From the NCBI RefSeq assembly GCF_021869535.1, contig NW_026262697.1, positions 806,001 to 870,000 of the forward strand: a stretch of 64,000 nucleotides of DNA, given 5' to 3'. Every line of letters begins with the position of its first letter. Position 1 is the stretch's first letter. The position numbers and the translations under genes were made by a program. The notes beneath the pieces were generated by a model that was not told the origin of the DNA, did not search any database, and was given only the letters and a program-made list of their open reading frames with translations. Of the stretch, positions 13,203-24,608 are shown one piece after another. Source of the stretch: Mytilus californianus (Eukaryota).

Positions 13203-13296
13203 CATTACCTTATTGTCAATTACATAATATTCCTTTCTCTATCAACAATAATCAACTTCCGACCTTTGTACGCGAAACTCGTTGCTAGGGGCGTGG
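13203..13296 (-). promoter_or_regulatory. Putative promoter and non-coding first exon of the TEX33-like gene
   Basis: X-box half-site gttgctagg (13281), GC box gggcgtgg and ETS-like acttccg cluster together. A minus-strand donor AAG|GTAATG lies at 13208. The exon at 8300 opens with an acceptor, so an upstream exon is required. Confidence 0.35.
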
Positions 13297-14007
13297 TTTT
13301 AAAATATCGTTGTTCGATAATTTCCGCCAATACTCGGACACTGTTGTTATAAACGTCACGAGAACATGCGTACCCCAAAAAATGTACGTAAAACTCTTTC
13401 CGGTCAAAAAAGAAGACACTAAACGGATTCTTCAAACGAAAATAATTTTAATAAGTAAGAGGCACAAAGTTAATTTGATGAGAAAATTACAACAACCTCG
13501 AATAATCACCCTTTTTATATATTTCACACTCGGTTTTGACACGAAATATTACTTTCGAACTCTTTGAATGTCCTTTTGGAATCTTTCACCTCTCTTCTTC
13601 ATGCATAAAAATAAGATATGGTAATGCTGACCTAAAAAGGAGCAATTAAAAATCACAAGTCTAAGAAATACAGAAAACAAAAGACAAAGAGAAGTAACAT
13701 AAAAAGGATAACAACGTTTCAAAAAACACTACATAGAAAATTAATAAATGAGCTACACTATAGTCCGACGTATGAAGGCGTCCCAGAAAAATATTAATAG
13801 CCTTTGAAGACTTCATAATTATTTGGACTAGAGCTACACCAACTCAAACAAAAAGCTGAGTGTGAACTTGCGGGGTACACTCATACCTTTGCCAACTCGT
13901 GCCCTATTTTTACCAATGCGCTTTAGCATGGTTGTGTTTCATTAATTAGGTTATATTGAAAATTTTATTGTTAATTCTATTTTGATCTACTGATTTGATT
14001 TTTCTCA

Positions 14008-14904
14008 AGGCCAAAAAAAAATATATGTCTGTTTACGGTTACCCGACTGTCCCTATTTTGGGGTGCCGACCCAAAGCCATTTTATTCAAAAATGACATCG
14101 AAAGTGAAAGTATAAAGCCATAAACACCTACTTTCAGTTTAAAACAAAAGTGAAAGAAGGTGCGTAATCATCTGAGCGCTTTAATTTTAAAATGGCGTAC
14201 TCGATATTGAAGTGTTTTTAGGATCTAGATCTCAATGGCAGCATGCATGGCCCAACAGGCTGAGGCAGCAAGTGTGGTCGCATTAAAGTTCATTTGTCAT
14301 CGTGTTTCTTATCTATTCCCAGGTTTGTCTTTTTGTCCTTTTTGACTAACGCTTCAGTTGTCTACTCTTTATTTCTTCTAAAAAAACACAGCACCAAACT
14401 TGTGAGCAATGTTCCTGGGAAGGTTATATTTATTATGGTATAAAAGAATTTAATTTATTAAAAGTTTAATGCATCAAATTTGCAACAGTGAAAGAAACAT
14501 TCTTTAATACAAGGAGTTGGTACAACCCCCAAAACTTGAACCAGTACGTTCATATGTATAAATCAGGTTTTGTCATCTTTCCTCGTTTCTGATGGGTCTT
14601 CTTGTTTTATATATTGATTGTTCATACACCAGTACAGTATAATGAATTTATTTCTGCATATATGCCTGCATACATGTACATTAATAAACCTATATAATAG
14701 AAAGGACAAAACAATTTATTTTCAGTTTATATGACAGTAAAAAGTTAATATAGTCACTTAATATTAGTTAAAACAACATGTAACAACATCACACATCTCG
14801 CCAAAAAAAAAAATGATAAAAAAAAAAAAAGGGAAATACCTACCTACCTACCCTATTTTTTTAAAGGATGTAACCTTAAACAGACATATATTTTTTTTTG
14901 GCCT
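14008..14904. mobile_element. Non-autonomous TIR element (Kolobok-like AGGCC ends)
   Basis: About 28-bp TIR aggccaaaaaaaaatatatgtctgttta / taaacagacatatatttttttttggcct. The TSD is not clean. Confidence 0.7.
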
Positions 14905-14919
14905 AATGTTTTAAATGTT

Positions 14920-15860
14920 AAAGGTGTAACATAAAATATTGTCCCCCATGAAATATTGTCTGTCAGACAAAATTTCATATAAAATATCGCCATGGACACT
15001 ATTTTATAATGAAATACTGTCCAGGACAATATTTCATTATGAAATAGCGTCCTTGTCCATGAAATTTTGTCACCTGACCTTCTGGACAATATTTCACTAT
15101 GAAATTCTGTCCATGACAATATTGCACTATGAAATAGTGTCCGCGGACAATATTTTATATGAAATTTTGTCTGACGGACAATATTTCATGGGGGACAATA
15201 TATATGTTCACTGTGAAATACTGTCCATGAAAATTTCTTAATCAAATTATTAAAAAATAAAAACTGTACACTTGAGCATGCAGAATGCAAATTTTAGATT
15301 TATAACTGAAATCATTTTGTAAAGCAAGTACTTTTCATCTCAAACTAATATTTATTTTTATATAAGCCAGATTCAAATTTCCATAGATACTTAATAAATT
15401 GTTTATAGATTAAAGAATTGTCTAACATATGTTCCATTGTACAACATTATACTGTATAGATATAAGTAATGTACTGACAATCAAAAATTGAATGTACTTG
15501 TAGTATTTGTATATAATAGATTGGCGGATCTTTTTCAACGGCATTTTGGAGGTACAGGAATAATTGGAATGCCCTTGTCCAATACTTGTATTTCACTTGA
15601 TAACCTCCCCTTCATGAGACAAAGTTTATGACAATCTGTCTATGAAATATTGTCTCAATACACACAAAAATAACCTCCCTTTACCAGGACAAAATTTCAT
15701 AGTTTTCATCTGTGAAATATTGTCTATATACAGACAAAATTTCACAATGAAATTATGTCCTTCTCTGGACATAATTTCATAGATGACGACAATATTTCAT
15801 GATACATAGTCATGAAATATTGTCTTGGTGGACAATATTTCATAGGACAATATTTTGCTT
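14920..15860 (+). repeat. Dispersed element rich in atgaaatattgtc motifs, copy 1
   Basis: Many degenerate atgaaatattgtc/gacaatatttcat motifs. The ends match the reverse complement of 53680-54500. Confidence 0.7.
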
Positions 15861-16418
15861 TACAAAGGCAGTGTCTGCGCGCATGCGGGGACGAGTAGTC
15901 AAATTGGCATTCATAGGCTACGTGTCCATGCATCCCGTTTTATAATAAAATGTCATGGGATCGGGAATGAAATGTGAAATATACACGGAAATTATCGGTA
16001 ATTTGGGGATTTTGTGAATATTCAGTGAAGAGAACGGCAAATAATATTTTCCATTTGTATTTATTAGATAATAATACATAATAAACATTACAAATTAGAT
16101 GCACACTGAAGGAATAAAAGTGTACAGTCCCTGTAAAAGAAAACATGATAAAAATTAGAAACTATGATAAAATGTTAATGCAAATTAAAAGAATAAATGG
16201 AGTATGGCCACGAAGTGCCGATATTGGCCCTGTGGTGTGACAAAAAATAAAAGTGAAATAAGGTGGATCCCTTATAGCTAAAACATAAATACGTATATCG
16301 TTATTTGTTATTATAGTATAAAATCATATTTTTGTGAAGTAATACCCGGTATCAAACCGGAACGCTCAAAATGTCCAAATTCTTAAAGAATTTCACACTT
16401 CCTGGTTGAATTTCGCAT

Positions 16419-16519
16419 TGGCCACAGGCCTCGACCAAAGTAATTTTACTCTTATTTTGATTGTTTGACACTTTGACTCAGTTTGCAACATTATTTAGCG
16501 TGTTCGAGGCCTGTGGCCA
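16419..16519. mobile_element. 101-bp MITE-like foldback
   Basis: Perfect 16-bp IR tggccacaggcctcga / tcgaggcctgtggcca. Confidence 0.65.
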
Positions 16520-17358
16520 CATCGAAAATTTAACTTTTGCTAACAAGCAAATCCTGATTCAACGCCACCATTTCCGAGGTGATTCTGTGACGAAATAACT
16601 GTACCGAGAAATTGTACAATTGCTATAAATAGAATAAATTCTATAATTTATTATTTTCTTATTTATAACAAACAAAAAAGAAGAAAATGGAATAACAAGT
16701 CTTTGTTTTTAGCGAAGCTTCGTTAACCGCCGATCCAACGAGGGTTTTTAAACATGTATACATACCTCCTCATAACTGTTTTTATTAGAAAACAAGACAA
16801 ATTGGTGGAAATAAAAATTATGAATTTGCAAATTATTTTAAAGTTCATTTCCACGTTATTTTGTAATAATTAGCCCGGTCTGTGCTATGCAAACAAGAAT
16901 ATGACAGTTTTAAGTTAGAGCCGTAGTTTTTTTCTGTAAAATTATACATCCAGCAGATTGAACTTCACATGGATACGGATTTAATGAGGTCGAATTATCC
17001 ACTTGCAAGTGAATAATTCATTAGCGCTATTTCTTTGCTTATTTTGACAAAAATGAACCAAACTTGCTGCTAAAAGCGAATTATTATTTCACTATCTCAC
17101 TTTCATTAATGATTGAACAAAAAAATCTTTTTTTTTTTATATCTCTTAGCTAATGCCCCTTTAACTTTAACGAGAACACGAATCATAAAATAATAAAAGT
17201 ATTTGTTCTTTTAAAACGTAATTGATAGAAACATGCAAAAGTCAGATAGATTTAATTGTATATAGCTAAATCGCTAAATGAAATTGTCCACAATGGACAA
17301 CTGAGAATGAGTATTCTGTCAAATTTTTTGAGTTTTTTTTAACTAGGCAGTGGCTCTT

Positions 17359-17477
17359 TTGCCGCTGCCGGCAAAATAGAAAATATGCTATTTTGTTGTC
17401 TTTGATTAAAATATCTCAATTAAAACAAGCAAAATAGCATATTTCTATAGCAATGACTATTTTGCCGGCGCCGGCAA
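17359..17477. mobile_element. Foldback MITE-like element
   Basis: Arms ttgccgctgccggcaaaatag / ctattttgccggcgccggcaa plus a second internal IR. Confidence 0.65.
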
Positions 17478-17787
17478 TATAGTGAATTTGTTATTTTGCC
17501 GGTTCTTTGTAAGGAGTGAATTTTAATATTTACTTTGTGCATTGTCAACATAAAAGAATCAAATTATTATTCGATATATAGTTGAATAAGATAAATGTCA
17601 AAATATTTCAGATACATATAATCATTTAAATCATTTATTAGTCCAAGTGAAAATAAGAATTTGTAAAAAGGAATAAAAATAAAAACTATTGAGCATCCAT
17701 TTGTAGCAATGAAATCATATCAAAACATGAAATTACTTCTAAAATCAGTCTAATGCTACATGTATGCATAAGAATAAAATCTCAGAT

Positions 17788-20121
17788 TTTTATACGACCG
17801 CAAAAAATTTTTTGTGGTCGTATATTGGTATGACGTTGGCGTCGTCGTCGTCGTCGTCGTCGTCCGGTGTCGTCCGAAGACACATTGGTTTTCGCACTCT
17901 AACTTTAGTTTAAGTGAATGGATCTTTATGAAATTTTACCACAAGGTTCAATACCACAAAAGGAAGGTTGGGATTGATTTTGGGGGTTATGGTAATAACA
18001 GTAAAGGAATTAGGGGCCAAAAAGGGGCCAAAAATAAGCATTTTTGTAACTTCCAGACATAACTTGTGTGTTAGTGTATGGATCTCTCTGACATTGTACC
18101 ACAAGGTTCCATATCACTAAAGGAATGCTGGCATTGATTTTGGGGGTAATTGCCTCCAAATTTTAGGAATTAGGGGCCAAAAAAGGGGCAAAAAACAAGC
18201 ATTTTTCTAGTTTCATGACAATAACTTGTGTGTAAGTGTATGGATCTTTCTGAAATTGTACTACAAGGTTCCATATCACAAAGGGAAAGCTGGGTTTGAG
18301 TTTGGGGGTAATTGCCCTAAACGTTTAGGAATTTGGGGCCAAAAAGGGGCCAAAAAACACATTTTTTTCTAGTTTCCAGACAATAACTTGTGTTCAAGTG
18401 TATGGATCTCTCTGAAATTGTACTGCAAGGTACCATACCACAAAGGGAAGGCTGGGATTGAGTTTGGGGGTGATGAATCATAATGGGGGTTCAAAAAATT
18501 TTGGGGGGGGATTTATTTTTTTTTCATTTTTTTTCTTTTTTTCCTTTTTTGTTTCTTTTAAAATTTTCCATTTTAAGTTGGTTATTTCTGATTTATATTT
18601 AAAATCAAATAATAATGATATGGTAGGAGATACACACCAAACAGGATGTGTAAATTATTATATAATAAGTATTGTGCAATAGCAAGAAATTTTCAATTGC
18701 ACAGTATTGCACAATAGCAAGAAATCTTCAATTGCACAGTATTGCGCAATAGCAAGAAATCTTCAATTGCACAGTATTGCACAATAGCAAGAAATATCCA
18801 ATAGCACAATATTGCGCAATAGCAAGAAATTGTCAATTGTACAGTATTGCGCAATAGCAAGAAATATTTAATAGCACAGGATTGTGCAAAAGAAGATACT
18901 TCCTATAAATTGCTTATTTCTTGACCAATTTCAATGGGTTCTTTAATATGCTGAATCTAACCGTGTATTTAGTTTTTGGATTTTTGGCCCCGTTTTTAAA
19001 TTGGTCCACATTGAGGTCCAAAGGGTCCAAAATTAAACTTTGTTTGATTTCATCAAAAATTGAATTATTGGGGTTCTTTGATATGCCGAATCTAACTGTG
19101 TATTTAGATTTTTAAATTTTGGTTCCGTTTTCAAATTGGTCTACATTAAGGTCCAAAGGGTCCAAAATTAAACTTAGTTTGATTTTAACAAAAATTGAAT
19201 TCTTAGGGTTCTTTGATATGCTGAATCTAAACATGTATTTAGATTTTTGATTATGGGCCCAGTTTTCAAGTTGGTCCAAATCGGGGTCCAAAATTAAACT
19301 TTGTTTGATTTCAACAAAAATTGAATATATGGGGTTCTTTGATATGCTGAATCTAACCATGTATTTAGATTTTTAATTTTTGGGCCCCGTTATCAACTTT
19401 GTCCACATTGAGGTCAAAAGGGTCCAAAATTAAACTTTGTTTGATTTCATCAAAAATTGAATTATTGGGGTTCTTTGATATGCCGAATCTAACCGTGTAT
19501 TTAGATTCTTAATTTTTGGTTCCGTTTTCAAATTGGTCTACATTAAGGTCCAAAGGGTCCAAAATTAAACTTAGTTTGATTTTAACAAAAATTGAATTCT
19601 TAGGGTTCTTTGATATGCTGAATCTAAACATGTATTTAGATTTTTGATTATGGGCCCAGTTTTCAAGTTGGTCCAAATCGGGGTCCAAAATTAAACTTTG
19701 TTTGATTTCAACAAAAATTGAATATATGGGGTTCTTTGATATGCTGAATCTAACCATGTATTTAGATTTTTGATTTTTGGGCCCGTTATCAACTTTGTCC
19801 ACATTGAGGTCAAAAGGGTCCAAAATTAAACTTTGTTTGATTTCATCAAAAATTGAATTCTTGGGGTTCTTTGATATGCTGAATCTAACCATGTATTTAG
19901 ATTTTGGATATTGGACCATAATAGGTGAATGTCCAATTTAAAATTTTTAAGTTCTTAGACCACATTCAATCTGTGTTAGAAACCTATGCTGTGTCAAATA
20001 TTTAATCACAATCCAAATCCAAAGCTGTATCAAGCTTGAATGTTGTGTCCATACGTCCCCCAACTGTTCAGGGTTCGACCTCTGCGGTCGTATCAAGCTG
20101 CGCCCTGCGGAGCATTTTATT
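17788..20121 (+). mobile_element. DINE-1/HINE-like element, copy A (TXN2 5'-UTR intron)
   Basis: 5' ttttatacgaccgcaaaa..ttttgtggtcgtata IR, (GTC)n microsatellite and two blocks of internal tandem repeats. The 3' end has tgcggtcgtat, a gctgcgccctgcggagc hairpin and attttatt. Confidence 0.85.
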
Positions 20122-20664
20122 AAACTATGCTGTAAAATAAATGAAAGACCAAAAATCTCATAGCATATCAATTTGATAAAAACGTTATACAGTCTAATGC
20201 TGCTATATATTATCATGATATATGAAAGAAAATAACAACTTTAATGTATATAAATTATAATAAAATATTGGGTACAAGTTGGTAGAAGTACAAGTTGGTT
20301 GAGTACGAGTTGGCGAAGGTACAAGTTGACATGTATCCAACTTGCGTATTCCCTGTTGGAATTCTATGTCTGTAGCTATTTTCTTTATTGGCTGCCCTCA
20401 AAATCGTTTATCAAGCCCTAATATGAGGCAGGCATTACCTGTGAAGGGGACAAAATCCGTAAAAATAATTCTTTTATAATACTTATATTTGCCAAATTAA
20501 AAGTAAAGAAAAATATACTATAAAGGTCATCAAAATTCTCTTCTATATTGAATTTATTGTTAATTTGTTCTCCCCCTAAATACGCATGAACCATTTGCCA
20601 CTGGACATACAGCAAATAGCAATCAATCAATCAATTCAATTTCATAACTTTCTTTTTCAGGAAT

Positions 20665-20933
20665 ATGACCAATCAAGTATTGAGACGCCATGCTCTGCGA
20701 CTTGGACGTTCAATTGTATCGCTGAACAGACAGATCAGTTATTGTTCACAAAAAGTGAAATTATTTCAGATGTCAGAAACAGTTCAAAAGTCATCACAAT
20801 GTGCATTTCAAGATTTTTCACGACATATGTCAACAGAACCAAAGTTTGAAGCATTTAATGTACAGGATACAGATGATTTTAAACACAGAGTTCTGGAAAG
20901 TTCTACACCAGTAATAGTAGATTTCCATGCCAC
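20665..20933 (+). CDS. TXN2: Mitochondrial thioredoxin, coding exon 1 (targeting presequence to VIVDFHAT)
   Basis: Acceptor tttcag| at 20661 and ATG at 20665. The presequence is Arg/Ser-rich and acid-poor, followed by FNVQD..DF..RVL.S.TPVIVDFHA. Donor AC|GTAAGT (phase 2). Confidence 0.95.
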
Positions 20934-22875
20934 GTAAGTATCTTAAACACAGAGTTCTGTAAAGTTCTACACCAGTCATAGTAGATTTCCATGTAACGTA
21001 AGTATCTTAAACACAGAGTTCTCGAAAGTTGTACACCAGTAATAGTAGATTTCCATGCCACGTAAGTATCTTAAACACAGAGTTCTGTAAAGTTCTACAC
21101 CAGTGATAGTAGATTTCCATGCCACATAAGTATCTTAAACACAGAGTTCTGTAAAGTTCTACACCAGTGATAGTAGATTTCCATGCCACGTAAGTATCTT
21201 AAACACAGAGTTCTGGAAAGTTCTACACCAGTAATAGTAGATTTCCATGCTGAGTAAGTATCTTAAACACAGAGTTCTGTAAAGTTCTACACCAGTGATA
21301 GTAGATTTCCATGCCACGTAAGTATCTTAAACACAGAGTTCTGGAAAGTTCGACACCAGTAATAGTAGATTTCCATGCTGAGTAAGTATCTTAAACACAG
21401 AGTTCTGTAAAGTTCTACACCAGTGATAGTAGATTTCCATGCCACGTAAGTATCTTAAACACAGAGTTCTGTAAAGTTCTACACCAGTGATAGTAGATTT
21501 CCATGCCACTTAAGTATCTTAAACACAGAGTTCTGGAAAGTTTGACACCAGTGATAGTAGATTTCCATGCCACGTAAGTATCTTAAACACAGAGTTCTGG
21601 AAAGTTGTACACCAGTCATAGTAGATTTCCATGCCACGTAAGTATCTTAAACACAGAGTTCTGGAAAGTTCGACACCAGTCATAGTAGATTTCCATGTAA
21701 TGTAAGTATCTTAAACACAGAGTTCTGGAAAGTTCGACACCAGTAATAGTAGATTTCCATGCCACGTAATTATCTTAAACACAGAGTTCTGTAAAGTTCT
21801 ACACCAGTGATAGTAGATTTCCATGCCACGTAAGTATCTTAAACACAGAGTTCTGTAAAGTTCTACACCAGTAATAGTAGATTTCCATGCCACGTAAGTA
21901 TCTTAAACACAGAGTTCTGGAAAGTTCGACACCAGTCATAGAAGATTTCCATGCCACGTAAGTATCTTAAACACAGAGTTCTGTAAAGTTCTACACCAGT
22001 CATAGTAGATTTCCATGCCACGTAAGTATCTTAAACACAGAGTTCTGTAAAGTTCGACACCAGTCATAGTAGATTTGCATGTAACGTAAGTATCTTAAAC
22101 ACAGAGTTCTGGAAAGTTGTACACCAGTAATAGTAGATTTCCATGCCACGTAAGTATCTTAAACACAGAGTTCTGTAAAGTTCTACACCAGTGATAGTAG
22201 ATTTCCATGCTACGTAAGTATCTTAAACACAGAGTTCTGTAAAGTTCTACACCAGTAATAGTAGATTTCCATGCCACGTAAGTATCTTAAACACAGAGTT
22301 CTGGAAAGTTGTACACCAGTAATAGTAGATTTCCATGCCACGTAAGTATCTTAAACACAGAGTTCTGGAAAGTTCTACACCAGTAATAGTAGATTTCCAT
22401 GCTGAGTAAGTATCTTAAACACAGAGTTCTGTAAAGTTCTACACCAGTAATAGTAGATTTCCATGCCACGTAAGTATCTTAAACACAGAGTTCTGGAAAG
22501 TTGTACACCAGTTCTGGAAAGTTGTACACCAGTAATAGTAGATTTCCATGCTGAGTAAGTATCTTAAAAACAGAGTTCTGGAAAGTTGTACACCAGTAAT
22601 AGTAGATTTCCATGCTGAGTAAGTATCTTAAACACAGAGTTCTGGAAAGTTGTACACCAGTAATAGTAGATTTCCATGCAACGTAAGTATCTTAAACACA
22701 GAGTTCTGGAAAGTTGTACACCAGTAATAGTAGATTTCCATGCAACGTAAGTATCTTAAACACAGAGTTCTGGAAAGTTGTACACCAGTAATAGTAGATT
22801 TCCATGCTGAGTAAGTATCTTAAACACAGAGTTCTGGAAAGTTGTACACCAGTAATAGTAGATTTCCATGCTGAA
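20879..22875 (+). repeat. 64-bp tandem array (about 31 units) of the TXN2 exon end plus splice donor
   Basis: Unit ttaaacacagagttctggaaagttctacaccagtaatagtagatttccatgccac-gtaagtatc. The first unit is the genuine exon end. Confidence 0.97.
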
Positions 22876-23304
22876 TGTTTCTTCTACTTTTACTCTGATA
22901 GCAAGGTCACTCTGAGAAAAATATATGTGTTGATATAGATATATTTGTTCTCTCACGATTACAGAACATATAAACAGATTGTGAATGCAATTGAATAATG
23001 ATATCAATTATAATGATGGATGTGATCCAGTACAGGAAAGTTCTAAAACAATAATAGTAGATTTCCATCAAATATAATTATCTGAGATACACAGTTATTC
23101 CAAGTTGTAGTGTGTATTAATATATATATGAGGTGTGAATCCTGGAATTAAAACTACATTTGTACATCAATTCACATGTCATTATTGTATTTATAGATAG
23201 AAAAGTGTTAACTATTATGAACAAGGGTGTATATACCATCATACTTCCTTTTGCATACATCATCTACATAGAGCAATTTTCATGTTCCATTTATCTATTT
23301 TTAG

Positions 23305-23428
23305 TTGGTGTGGACCCTGTAAATTGTTAGGTCCAAGGCTTGAGTCCATTATAGCATCTAGTGCAGGAAAAGTGCATTTAGCCAAAGTAGATGTTGATGA
23401 CAATGCAGAAATAGCTATGGATTATAAA
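23305..23428 (+). CDS. TXN2: TXN2 coding exon 2 with the WCGPC active site
   Basis: ttttag|T TGG TGT GGA CCC TGT...[16 protein letters not shown]|gtaagt. Length 124 nt, phases consistent. Confidence 0.97.
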
Positions 23429-23940
23429 GTAAGTTGATGTCAATGTTAATGGATAAATAGCTATGTAATTTAAAGTAAGTTGATGTCAATGTTAATGGAT
23501 AAATAGCTATGGAATATAAAGTAAGTTGATGTCAGTGACAATGGAGAAATAGTTATGGAATAAAAAGTAAGTAGATGTGGATGACAATGGAAAAATAACT
23601 TTGGAATATAAAGTAAGTTGATGTTGATGACAATGCAGAAATAGCTATGGAATTTAAAGTAAGTTGATGTCGATGACAATGCAGAAATAGTTATGGAATA
23701 AAAAGTAAGTTGATGTCGATGACAATGGAGAAATAGTTATGGAATAAAAAGTAAGTAGATGTGGATGACAATGGAGAAATAACTTTGGAATATAAAGTAA
23801 GTTGATGTCGATGACAATGCAGAAATAGCTATGGAATATGAAGTAAGTTGATGTCAGTGACAATGGAGAAATAGTTATGGAATATAAAGTAAGTTGATTG
23901 TCAATGAAAATGGAGAAATAGCATTTGAGTATAATGTAAG
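23385..23940 (+). repeat. 46-bp tandem array (about 12 units) of the TXN2 exon-2 end plus donor
   Basis: Unit approximately gtaagttgatgtcgatgacaatgcagaaatagctatggaatataaa. Confidence 0.93.
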
Positions 23941-24608
23941 ATTGATGTAGATGTAATTGACCTTGCTGTAATACACTCTGTGTTTCTGTTAGATGTATTT
24001 CTATTTGTATCCATCTGATGAGTTATGCCTTTTTCAACTGATTTTTATAGTTTGTTCTTATGTTGTACTGTTACACCACTGTCCAAGGTTAGGGGGATGG
24101 TTGAGCCCTCACAAACATGTTTAACCCCGCCACATTCTTTATGTGCCTGTCCCAAGTCAGGAGCCTGTAGTTCAGTGGTTGTTGTTGGTTCATATCTGTG
24201 ATATTTTTTTTTCGTAAATTGTTTTGTTATAAATTAGGCCGTTAGTTTTCTCAATTGAATTGTTTCATATTTTTCATGTCTGGGCCTTTTTAGCCGACCA
24301 TACAGTATGGGTTTTTCTCATTGTTGAAGGCCGTACGGTTGCCTATAATTGCTTACATCCTTTGGTGGATAGGTGTCTCATTGGCAATCATACCACATCT
24401 CCTTATTTTTATATGGAGTACAATGTAAGATTTAAGTAGACATAGATAACAATGAAGAAATATTTATGGAGTAAAATGCAAGTTTTAAGTAGATGTAGTT
24501 GACATTGCTGAAATAGCTATGGAGTACAATGTAAGATTTAAGTAGACATAGATAACAATGACTAAATAGCTATGGAGTACAATGTAAGATTTTAGTAGAC
24601 ATAGATAA

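Noticed and set aside
13220-13567. ORFs of 71 and 85 aa on opposite strands
   Set aside because: No recognisable family and no consistent splice partners. Better explained as promoter/UTR sequence next to Penelope-end repeats.
20934-20945. U12-type donor (gtaagtatctt)
   Set aside because: It begins GTAAGT, a standard U2 donor. The U12 consensus GTATCCTT is not at the junction.
20879-22875. Regular repeats that might suggest a CRISPR array (also 60708-61335 with a palindromic unit)
   Set aside because: Units are head-to-tail with no unique spacers, there are no cas genes, and the context is eukaryotic introns.
21007-23007. Repeated 60-aa minus-strand ORFs MAWKSTITGVELY...
   Set aside because: Antisense reading of the 64-bp array.
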